From: Nostoc sp. DedSLP01
GTDB taxonomy: Bacteria; Cyanobacteriota; Cyanobacteriia; Cyanobacteriales; Nostocaceae
Reading direction: 5' to 3'
NCBI GenBank assembly: GCA_034530875.2
Contig: JAVRCJ020000051.1
Coordinates: 1 to 44,749, forward strand
Length of the DNA: 44,749 nucleotides
A program made the translations under genes and the position numbers. Positions 19,635-27,920 of the stretch are shown one piece after another (position 1 is the first letter of the stretch; the number at the start of each line of letters is the position of its first letter). The notes beneath the pieces were generated by a model. It did not search any database, was not told where the DNA came from, and saw only the letters and a program-made list of their open reading frames with translations.

Positions 19635-20588
19635 GTGGTCAAACTAATTCTACCTATAGAGCTTGCTACCGAAATTGAGCCGCATCTACCATCCGATACA
19701 AAATTTGTGCAGGTAGATAGTGATGGTAATTTTGATGGCGATCCTACTGATGCAGAAGTTTATCTGAATGGCTTCAAATTGAAACCAACTACTTTACATA
19801 AAGTACTGGAAGCTGCTCCTAAAATACGTTGGCAACAGACTCCTAGCGCCGGTGTAAATCACATCCTGACACCGATTTTTCTCGAACACGATATTATTCT
19901 GACTAATGGCGCCGGTGTTCATGCGATTCCGATTTCGGAATTTGTCTTAAGTTTGATCCTCTATCACGCCAAGCAGTTACGGCAATTGCAAGCTGCTCAC
20001 GACCAACGTACTTGGCGAAAAAGCTGGTTGGTACTGCCAGAGTTGGCGAATTCAACTGTGTTAATTCTCGGTACTGGAAATATAGGCCAAGCGATCGCGG
20101 CTCGGATTAAACCATTCGGCGCGAGAGTTTGGGGCGGTCGCCGTCGTCCGGAACCTCTACCAAATTTTGATAAAATCGTCGGCACAAATGAATGGCACGC
20201 ATTATTGCCAGAAGTTGACTATTTAATTGTGGCGACGCCTTTAACACCAGAAACCAAAGCCTTAATTGATGAAACAGTACTGCGATCGCTACCCAGTCAT
20301 GCTTATTTAATCAACGTCGGTCGCGGTGCAGTTGTAGATGAATCAGCATTAGCTAAAGCTTTAACTGAAGGCTGGATTGCAGGTGCAGGATTAGACACAG
20401 TTTCTATTGAACCCCTACCGCCAGAAAGTCCTCTGTGGTCGTTGCCTAACTTGTTTATTACACCTCATACTTCCGCAATTTCCCCAGCATTAAAAGGACG
20501 TATCGCTGACTTATTTCTCGATAATTTAGAGCGTTACCGAAGCGATAAGCCTTTAAGGAATGTAGTCAATAAAGAAGCAGGATACTAA
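19635..20588 (+). CDS. D-isomer-specific 2-hydroxyacid dehydrogenase family protein
   Basis: GTGNIG, PLTPET, INVGRG, AGLD, TPH motifs. Confidence 0.9.
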   Translation: MVKLILPIELATEIEPHLPSDTKFVQVDSDGNFDGDPTDAEVYLNGFKLKPTTLHKVLEAAPKIRWQQTPSAGVNHILTPIFLEHDIILTNGAGVHAIPISEFVLSLILYHAKQLRQLQAAHDQRTWRKSWLVLPELANSTVLILGTGNIGQAIAARIKPFGARVWGGRRRPEPLPNFDKIVGTNEWHALLPEVDYLIVATPLTPETKALIDETVLRSLPSHAYLINVGRGAVVDESALAKALTEGWIAGAGLDTVSIEPLPPESPLWSLPNLFITPHTSAISPALKGRIADLFLDNLERYRSDKPLRNVVNKEAGY

Positions 20589-20720
20589 TTGAAGAAGGCA
20601 GGGGGCAGGAGGCAGGAGGCAGGAGGCCGTTTTTGTAAGGAGGATTTATACCCCGTTCCAAAAACTTTGGACGAAGTACGGTTTTAGACCGGATTGTTTC
20701 GATAAATTTATATATTGAAT

Positions 20721-22322
20721 ATGGGTACAGAAACTTTTCAGATACCGACAGCACAGAGTGTAATTACCGCTGATGTCCTAGTTCTGGGTGGTGGCCCGGC
20801 TGGAACTTGGGCGGCACTTTCAGCAGCAAAGCAAGGTGTCCGTGTTGTCCTAGCGGATAAGGGATATTGCAGTACATCAGGGGCAACAGCTCCATCGAAT
20901 ACAGGGGCATGGTATCTTCCTAAAGGGCCGCAACGCGATTTAGAAATTGAGCGTCGGCTGTTTCGCGCCAGCGGACTTGCCGATCGCCGATGGTTGCAGC
21001 GTGTAATGGAGCAAGCGCAAATAGGTTTAGATGACTTAGGCAATAATGGCTATCCCTTTCCTTTTGATGAGGAGGGCAATCCTTACCGGGCTAACTTGCG
21101 CGGCCCTGATTATATGCGGTTCATGCGCCAAAGAGCGATCGCAGCAGGTGTACGCATTCTTGACCATCATCCCGCACTGGAGCTACTTGCAGCCGATGGT
21201 GTCATTGCTGGTGCGGCAGGTATTCATCCCCGCACTGGAAATCGCTGGGAAGTCAGGGCAGGTGCCGTTGTCATAGCAACTGGGGGATGCGCTTTTCTAT
21301 CCCATGCACTAGGTTGCGATGGTAATACCGGCGATGGTTATCTCATGGCAGCAGAGGCAGGAGTCAGATTATCTGGGATGGAGTTTTCCTCGCAATATGG
21401 CTTGGCACCTGCTCATACTTCCGTCACCAAAGGATTAACATTCACCTTCGCCAGTTTTTATCTAGAGGATGGCTCTCCCTTACCAGACACAGGGGAAGAC
21501 CGAGCTGTACGCATCGCCCGCCAGTTAATTGCGGGTGAAAAAGTATATGCCTTGATGAATCGCGGCAATCCTACGGAACATGAATGGTTGCGTCAGGGTC
21601 AACCTAACTGCTTTTTACCATTTGAACGGATTGGCTTAGATCCATTCCAGCAGCGTTTTCCAGTAACACTACGTTCTGAAGGAACTGTTCGCGGGGTAGG
21701 TGGGCTAGAAATTATCAATGATAATTGCGCTACACAAGTACCCGGACTTTATGCCGCAGGTGATGCAGCCTCTCGAGAAAATCTTACAGGGGCAGTGTCA
21801 GGAGGGGGAAGCCCTAATGCATCCTGGGCTATTGCAAGCGGTACTTGGAGTGGTCGCGCTGCGGCACTTTTTGCAGCCTCTTTAGGCGACAAAGCAGGGA
21901 CGCGCTTGGTTCGCGGTTTAGGTCAGGCGGGTTTGCGTCCCCGGAAACAGCCGATAGATGGGCTAATTTCGGAAGCGATTAGTGCGGTACAGGCTGAAAC
22001 TTTGCCCCTTGATGTGAATTTCTTTCGTTCTGGAGCGAGGATAGCTCTGTCGCGTCAACGTTTAGATACAGTATGGGCAGATATCCGCGATTATCTGGTA
22101 GGGGAAGGTCGCAATGCTGTACGGGCAAGGGAAGCGGCGGCAATGGCAGCCACAGCTCGCTGGATTTGGGCGAGTGCGGATGTACGTAAAGAAAGTAGAG
22201 GAATGCACCGACGCACCGATTTTACAAAAACTGACGTGCAACAAACAAGACGAATTTTGACAAGTGGTATCGATGATGTTGTGGTTGTTGCCGCAGAAAA
22301 TCAGTTGCAAGAGGTAGCATAA
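20721..22322 (+). CDS. SdhA/AprA-family FAD-binding flavoprotein (AsfA-like)
   Basis: DVLVLGGGPAG, VVIATGG, NTGDG, GLYAAGD, RKESRGMHRRTDF; stop overlaps the ferredoxin start. Confidence 0.85.
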   Translation: MGTETFQIPTAQSVITADVLVLGGGPAGTWAALSAAKQGVRVVLADKGYCSTSGATAPSNTGAWYLPKGPQRDLEIERRLFRASGLADRRWLQRVMEQAQIGLDDLGNNGYPFPFDEEGNPYRANLRGPDYMRFMRQRAIAAGVRILDHHPALELLAADGVIAGAAGIHPRTGNRWEVRAGAVVIATGGCAFLSHALGCDGNTGDGYLMAAEAGVRLSGMEFSSQYGLAPAHTSVTKGLTFTFASFYLEDGSPLPDTGEDRAVRIARQLIAGEKVYALMNRGNPTEHEWLRQGQPNCFLPFERIGLDPFQQRFPVTLRSEGTVRGVGGLEIINDNCATQVPGLYAAGDAASRENLTGAVSGGGSPNASWAIASGTWSGRAAALFAASLGDKAGTRLVRGLGQAGLRPRKQPIDGLISEAISAVQAETLPLDVNFFRSGARIALSRQRLDTVWADIRDYLVGEGRNAVRAREAAAMAATARWIWASADVRKESRGMHRRTDFTKTDVQQTRRILTSGIDDVVVVAAENQLQEVA

Positions 22323-22684
22323 TGATTGAAATTGTAGATAGCGATCGCTGTATCGGGTGTGATATATGCGTCAACGCCTGTCCCCGCGATGTATTCGATT
22401 CTGGAGACGATGGCATAGCTGTGATTGCTCGCAAGTCAGATTGTCAGACTTGTTTTTTGTGCGAGTTGTATTGCCCTGTTGATGCGCTTTATGTGTCGCC
22501 TTACGCCGAACAGGATGATGAGGTTGACACACAAGAGTTAATCGCTCAAAACTTGCTCGGTAGTTACACCCGTAATATGGGTTGGCAAAGGGGCAAAATG
22601 GGAGGAACTGACAAAGATCCGACTCGACAACTGAGGATTTTGAACAGAGCCAGACAAGATAATCCAACGTTGAATCAAACATAA
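22322..22684 (+). CDS. 2x[4Fe-4S] ferredoxin (AsfB/AprB-like)
   Basis: CIGCDICVNACP and CQTCFLCELYCP. Confidence 0.92.
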   Translation: MIEIVDSDRCIGCDICVNACPRDVFDSGDDGIAVIARKSDCQTCFLCELYCPVDALYVSPYAEQDDEVDTQELIAQNLLGSYTRNMGWQRGKMGGTDKDPTRQLRILNRARQDNPTLNQT

Positions 22685-22742
22685 GCTATCAAAAAGCTGG
22701 ATAATCAGGATAATGCCTGTTTGGCCAGCTAACAATAGCTTA

Positions 22743-23327
22743 ATGAAACTTGAGTCTCTGCTGAAACTGAATCGTACTATTCGCGTTATCGGCTTCGATG
22801 ATGCACCTTTTGTAAAACGTGTTGATGAGAACGTATCAATAGCTGGGGTGGTGTGTGCAGGAACTCGATTTGAGAGTATGGTGTGGGGTAAAGTTCAACA
22901 AGATGGTTTTGATGCCACAGAAGTCATCTGCAAGTTGTCGATCGGTAGGAAGTTTTTACCACAACTACACATCTTGTTATTAGATGGAATTGGGTTTGGT
23001 GGGTTTAATGTTGTCAATCTTCCAGAATTAGCCCTTCGTCTGCAATTACCCTGTGTTACTGTGATGCGCCGCCAACCTGATTTAGCTGCTGTTGAAGAAG
23101 CAATGAGCCATCTACCGAACTTCCAAGAGCGATGGAAACTTTTGCAGCAAGCTGGCCCGATTTACGATTATTCACCCTTTTTCTTCCAAGTTAGCGGTGA
23201 AGAACCTGCTGTAATAGCCAAGGTACTTCAACGCTTAACTGACTGTGGCAAAGTTCCAGAAGCTTTACGGTTGGCTCATTTAATTACATCTGCTGTCATG
23301 ACTGGAGAAAGTGGAAGTTCGGCTTAA
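22743..23327 (+). CDS. DUF99 family protein (endonuclease V-like fold)
   Basis: VIGFDDAPF, LLDGIGFGGFNVV, KVPEALRLAHLI; either ATG 22713 or 22743 could be the start. Confidence 0.85.
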   Translation: MKLESLLKLNRTIRVIGFDDAPFVKRVDENVSIAGVVCAGTRFESMVWGKVQQDGFDATEVICKLSIGRKFLPQLHILLLDGIGFGGFNVVNLPELALRLQLPCVTVMRRQPDLAAVEEAMSHLPNFQERWKLLQQAGPIYDYSPFFFQVSGEEPAVIAKVLQRLTDCGKVPEALRLAHLITSAVMTGESGSSA

Positions 23328-23343
23328 GCAGGTTCTTTGGATG

Positions 23344-23420
23344 AGGCAGGAGGCAGGAGGCAGGAGGCAGGTGGCAGGGGGCAGGAGGTAGGGGGCAGGA
23401 GGCAGGAGGCAGGTGGCAAG
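23344..23420. repeat. heptamer tandem repeat (AGGCAGG)n; shorter copy at about 20596-20626
   Basis: About 11 tandem degenerate copies visible. Confidence 0.85.
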
Positions 23421-23497
23421 AGGGTTTTAGGTTATTTTAAATTTCTTAAGTTAGTTGTGTTTTTTTCTACCAGCTTAGTTGATGCATCAGGTATGCT

Positions 23498-24571
23498 TTA
23501 CCACTTTTGGTCGGGAACCCAGTTGTACTTTTTATCTTTGACATCAATTTTCTTGGGAATAACTTTTAGTTCGTAGAAGCTGTCTGCCATGTTTTGCAAG
23601 CCTGTGAGAACTTCATCAGTCACAGGTAATACCTTGCGATCGCCACCGCGCTCTTCTACAATTTCCATTGTTGCTAAATCAACTTTATAGAGTTTAGAAA
23701 GTAGTTTGGCTGAATCTTTATAGTAGTTTTTAGACCAGCTACCGGCTTTTTCTAGTTCTTGCAAAATTATTTTTACAATATCTGGATAATCGCGAACAAA
23801 ATCTGGAGCAGCGTAATAAAATGCAGGACTTTCTACAGGAGCTTTTTCACCAAATACCGTACTATTATCTGCTAACAAACGAGTACGAAGCTTGCGTTCA
23901 GTTTCAGCAGTATAAGGATCCCAAATTACCCAGGAATCAAAATCACCACGTTCAAAGGCTGGTAAAGCTTCGGCTGGAGTTAGATAAACAGGTTGAATAT
24001 CTGTATATTTCAAACCTACCTTCTGTAAAGCTCGTACAATCATATATTGCGAACTTGAGCCTTTAGCAAAAGCGACTTTTTTACCTTTTAAGTCTGCAAG
24101 AGTCTTGATAGGTGAATTTTCCAACACCAGAATTGCCGAACTTTTAGTACTACTCGTACTCGCAGCCACCCGCACAAAAAGTTTATCGCTGGCTTGAGCA
24201 AAGACACTTCCCGTACCACCGCCACCACCAAAAACTATTGCACCTACACCCATCCCCTCAAGTAAAGGTGCAGTCGAGGAAAATTCATTCCAAGTTACAG
24301 AAATACCTTGAGGTTGTAAGCGCTTCTCTAGGCTACCTTGGGCTTTGATGATATTCAGCAGTGCCATTCCTTTTTGATGCCCCATTTTCAACACTGTTAA
24401 CTTGCTGACTTGGGGTTTTTCTGTAAGTGTATTAGCTGAATTACCAGGAGCGCAAGATGCGATCGCTAAACTCAAGCCTAAACCCACAACAAATAGTAAA
24501 GCAAACGAGTAAATTCCTGATTGTTTAAAAAGCTTAAACAAACCACTCTGATTTATTAGTCGATTGAACAT
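23498..24571 (-). CDS. ssuA: aliphatic-sulfonate ABC transporter substrate-binding lipoprotein (SsuA-like)
   Basis: Lipobox IASC, LKGKKVAFAKGSSS, WVIWDPY. Confidence 0.82.
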   Translation of the reverse strand: MFNRLINQSGLFKLFKQSGIYSFALLFVVGLGLSLAIASCAPGNSANTLTEKPQVSKLTVLKMGHQKGMALLNIIKAQGSLEKRLQPQGISVTWNEFSSTAPLLEGMGVGAIVFGGGGGTGSVFAQASDKLFVRVAASTSSTKSSAILVLENSPIKTLADLKGKKVAFAKGSSSQYMIVRALQKVGLKYTDIQPVYLTPAEALPAFERGDFDSWVIWDPYTAETERKLRTRLLADNSTVFGEKAPVESPAFYYAAPDFVRDYPDIVKIILQELEKAGSWSKNYYKDSAKLLSKLYKVDLATMEIVEERGGDRKVLPVTDEVLTGLQNMADSFYELKVIPKKIDVKDKKYNWVPDQKW

Positions 24572-25019
24572 ATTTATCCTTTGCCTTTTGGTATATTTAT
24601 TGTTTTTTATCCAAATCTAAAATCTATAGGTAAATGAACCACGGCTTTTTCGATCGCGCTCCAGGCGCAGAGTCGCAGAGAGGAATATGAGTATGTGGTC
24701 TAAATAGATGAAAACTGCTGTAATCTGCCAATCTGAAATTCTTGTTGCGCGAATTTATCAGTTGCAATCTCCTGTCTGTTCTTTCTATGTTCGGAAAATT
24801 TAATGATGTCTTGTGCTAAACAATTTGTTGTCATCCATACATTTTCTACAACTGTGGGATAGTTCTTGGCTCATAACTAGCTAGGGTTTGAAAAATCGTA
24901 AATTACCGCATAGTTGTCGTAAATAAGAATCTAAATGCCCTAGCTCCCTTGAAGCAAACCTTTCCAGAACCTTTATAGTTAGTGCTTGGCAGTTAATTTT
25001 TAATTTCTTTAATACAAAA

Positions 25020-25045
25020 TACTTTAAATCGACCAACAAACCGTA
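25020..25045. promoter_or_regulatory. copy of the shared 26-bp motif upstream of ssuA
   Basis: Reverse complement TACGGTTTGTTGGTCGATTTAAAGTA aligns with 18395-18420. Confidence 0.45.
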
Positions 25046-25146
25046 TCTTATAAATATGAGATTTGCATATATGAGGATAAAAAACAAGGGGTCATACTCT
25101 CAAGCTTGCTTCTTGAGATGAACTATGGTAGGTTCATATTGCTAAA

Positions 25147-25172
25147 TACAGCAACCCGATTGATTTACCGTA
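25147..25172. promoter_or_regulatory. copy of the shared 26-bp motif in the ssuA / LLM divergent region
   Basis: TACAGCAACCCGATTGATTTACCGTA closely matches the reverse complement of 18395-18420. Confidence 0.65.
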
Positions 25173-25522
25173 TTTTAATAATAAATGTTACGAACCTACT
25201 ACTCTGTCATATCAACTTTGGGAGTATAAAAAATTTAAAGTCATTTTTGAGTTAACAGATTGCTAAGGTCTGTTGGGAAATTTCATCAACACATTTTGCC
25301 GCGAGTTCGATCGTGTAGTTAACAAGAAGATTGTCCCTTATACCATTTCATGACAAATCTGATACAGATGTAAACGCTAAAAGCTTTGCTGTATCTAAGT
25401 TTTTTAATTGCGTTTCCCCTGCGAGCGTCATTGCATTAGCGTAGCGGGGCGTAGAGAAGCCCATTGCGACTAAGGAACAGGGAATAGGAAATAGAGAATA
25501 ACGAGCCTTCAGGAGAATTATC

Positions 25523-26623
25523 ATGCCAGTTGAATTCATCGGGTTAATCCGCACAAAACCTGCTTCGGAGTTAAATAGTGTACCGGGTGGTCTGGGAGAT
25601 GACATCATTGACCCAGCTTATGTTCGTGAGTTTGCCCAAGCTCATGAAAAAGGCGATTTTGACAAAGTACTAATTGGATATAGCTCTAGTAGCCCTGATG
25701 GTTTTACTGTTGCTACCCATGCAGCAGCATTTACCGAGCGCTTAAGCTTTTTGATTGCTCATCGACCGGGCTTTGTTGCACCAACTTTAGCAGCTCGCAA
25801 AGCAGCTACCCTCGACCATTTCACTCATGGTCGGATTGCGGTGCATATTATCACTGGCGGTAGTGACGCTGATCAACAAAAAGATGGCGACTGGCTTGAC
25901 CATGATAGCCGCTATCGCCGTACCGATGAGTATCTCGAAATTGTCCGTCGTGTCTGGACAAGCGATACTCCCTTTGATTATGAGGGTGAATTTTACCGGG
26001 TTAAGGATGCTTTCTCTGCTATTAAGCCGCTGCAAAAGCCTCATATTCCGCTTTACTTTGGCGGCGCATCTGGGCCAGCCGTGCAAGTAGGAGCCAAGCA
26101 TAGCAACGTTTATGCTTTGTGGGGCGAACCAATTGCCGCAGTTAAAGAACGAATCGCCCAAGTTCGTGCTGCTTTACCAGCCGGTCGTTCTATCCGCTTT
26201 AGTGTATCTCTGCGTCCTATCCTGGGTGTAACAGAGGAACAGGCTTGGGAAAAAGCCAGAAATATTTTAGGGCAGATTCAAGAACGACGGGGAGGTGCAA
26301 AAGTCGCTTCCCCAGCTAGGCCACAGGCAGTAGGATCGCAGCGGTTATTGGACTTCGCAGCTAAAAGCGAGATTTACGATAAGCGTTTGTGGACGCCCAT
26401 TGCTGCTGCTACTGGCGCCGCAGGTAACACAACAGCTTTAGTAGGAACGCCAGAACAAGTTGCAGAAGCTTTAGTTGATTACTATGACGCAGGTGTGACT
26501 ACTTTGTTAATTCGGGGCTTCGATCCGCTGCAAGATGCCATTGATTATGGGCGGGAAGTCATTCCTTTAGTGCGGAAAGAAGTGGCGAAACGAGAACGGC
26601 AGGCTGTAGCAGTTGGGAGATAG
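25523..26623 (+). CDS. LLM-class flavin-dependent monooxygenase (SsuD/MsuD-like)
   Basis: LIAHRPGFVAPTLAAR, PLYFGGAS, ALWGEP, ALVGTPEQVA; AGGAG Shine-Dalgarno. Confidence 0.92.
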   Translation: MPVEFIGLIRTKPASELNSVPGGLGDDIIDPAYVREFAQAHEKGDFDKVLIGYSSSSPDGFTVATHAAAFTERLSFLIAHRPGFVAPTLAARKAATLDHFTHGRIAVHIITGGSDADQQKDGDWLDHDSRYRRTDEYLEIVRRVWTSDTPFDYEGEFYRVKDAFSAIKPLQKPHIPLYFGGASGPAVQVGAKHSNVYALWGEPIAAVKERIAQVRAALPAGRSIRFSVSLRPILGVTEEQAWEKARNILGQIQERRGGAKVASPARPQAVGSQRLLDFAAKSEIYDKRLWTPIAAATGAAGNTTALVGTPEQVAEALVDYYDAGVTTLLIRGFDPLQDAIDYGREVIPLVRKEVAKRERQAVAVGR

Positions 26624-26780
26624 CAATTATGGTACAAACATCTACATCTACTAGTAGTACGCCAAGGGAACTTGGCGAGGGAAAGGGAAAAGGTTAAAGG
26701 GGAAAGGGAAAATACCAAACCTTTCCCCCTTTTCCCGACTTCTGCAAGAAGTCTATTTAGTTATACACACAATTTGAACG

Positions 26781-27518
26781 ATGATTCTTAGCCACGATCC
26801 CGGTTCGATTGTCGGTTGCGATCGCTTTGCAGGTCCCACAGATTTTGCTAACAGCCCCCTCTCCCAAGCATTGAAACAGCCTGTATTGTTGGGGTTGTTT
26901 CTGCCAATCCAGGCAGGTGGCTGGAGTGCTTCCACCCTACCACGCACTACCGACTGGAGCTTTGAATACAATAAAGCTTTGGTGCTACATAGCGAGGCGC
27001 TGGGTTTTGATTTGGTGTTTGCGCTGTCACAGTGGCTACCCAAAGGTGGCTATGGCGGCGTATTCAACGGGCAAGCGTTGGATTCTTTTGTGACCACGGC
27101 TGCACTTACGAGTGTGACACAGAAGATTCTGCTGATTTCCACGATCCATGTGTTGTACGGGCCAATTCATCCATTGCACTTAGCCAAGTACGGTGCAACA
27201 CTAGACCATATATCAGGGGGTCGCTGGGGCATCAACGTAGTGACTGGGCATCGCGCTGTCGAACACGAGATGTTTGGCTGGGAGCGTATTGAACACGATC
27301 GCCGTTACGAACTTGCAGCCGAATTCATCGAAGTACTGCAACGCCTCTGGGTTGATGACGAGAACTTCTCATTTGAAGGTAAGTCTTCGTGGAAGCTCAA
27401 TGGTGCTTACGTTACACCTAAGCCAAAATATGGCCGTCCAGTGCTAGTAAATGCCACAGGCTCAGATGCAGGTATTTCCTTTGCTGCACGCTATTCTGAC
27501 ATTGTGTTCGTCACCAGT
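26781..27518 (+). pseudogene. SfnG-like LLM monooxygenase truncated by transposon insertion
   Basis: LGLFLPIQAGGWS, DHISGGRWGINVVTG, PVLVNATGS; native sequence stops at DIVFVTS and the last 9 aa are read from the transposon end; about 100+ aa shorter than the neighbouring LLM enzymes. Confidence 0.85.
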
Positions 27519-27743
27519 TGTCGAATAACTAATTATTTGTCGTCTTAACAAAATAATGTCGTCAAATGTAAAACTATTAAAAACGTTGCTACATAAATGT
27601 TTGCAGCGTTTTTTAGTATATAAACAGAAATCGTTATTTTAACATTTTAATTGTCGTTTTTTAAGTAAATAACAAAATCTATGTCGCCTTTTAAAATTTT
27701 ACGTTTTCTAAATTTTTTAGGCTTCATAACAAATTAACTGTCG
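27519..27743 (+). repeat. tnsB-proximal transposon end with five TnsB-binding repeats
   Basis: Starts TGTCGAA; TAAC-N7-8-TGTCG units at 27526, 27546, 27640, 27670 and 27727. Confidence 0.88.
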
Positions 27744-27920
27744 CTTTTTCGTGTGGATAGTGGTATTATAACAGTATTTAATACATTTGTACTAAATATA
27801 ACATCCTCATACTGAAAAGTGACTACTTCCATTGAAGGGCCAACCGCTTTAGGAATATTGGATGTTCTCGCACAATAGCGAGACTGATATTAGTGTTTTG
27901 AGCATTAATCAAGTTTTCCT

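Noticed and set aside
20677..20702. Additional copy of the 26-bp sulfur motif starting TACGGT
   Set aside because: Only the left half matches and it lies in repeat-associated sequence next to an AGGCAGG array
20721..22684. Calling the pair succinate dehydrogenase or dissimilatory APS reductase
   Set aside because: No membrane subunits, no SdhB-type [2Fe-2S] domain and no dissimilatory sulfur genes; context favours an AsfAB-like module
27588..27603. CvkR-type box (AnnACATnATGTnnT) upstream of tnsB
   Set aside because: ACAT-AA-ATGT has a 2-nt spacer and lies in the loop of a hairpin; the site near 27780 also mismatches
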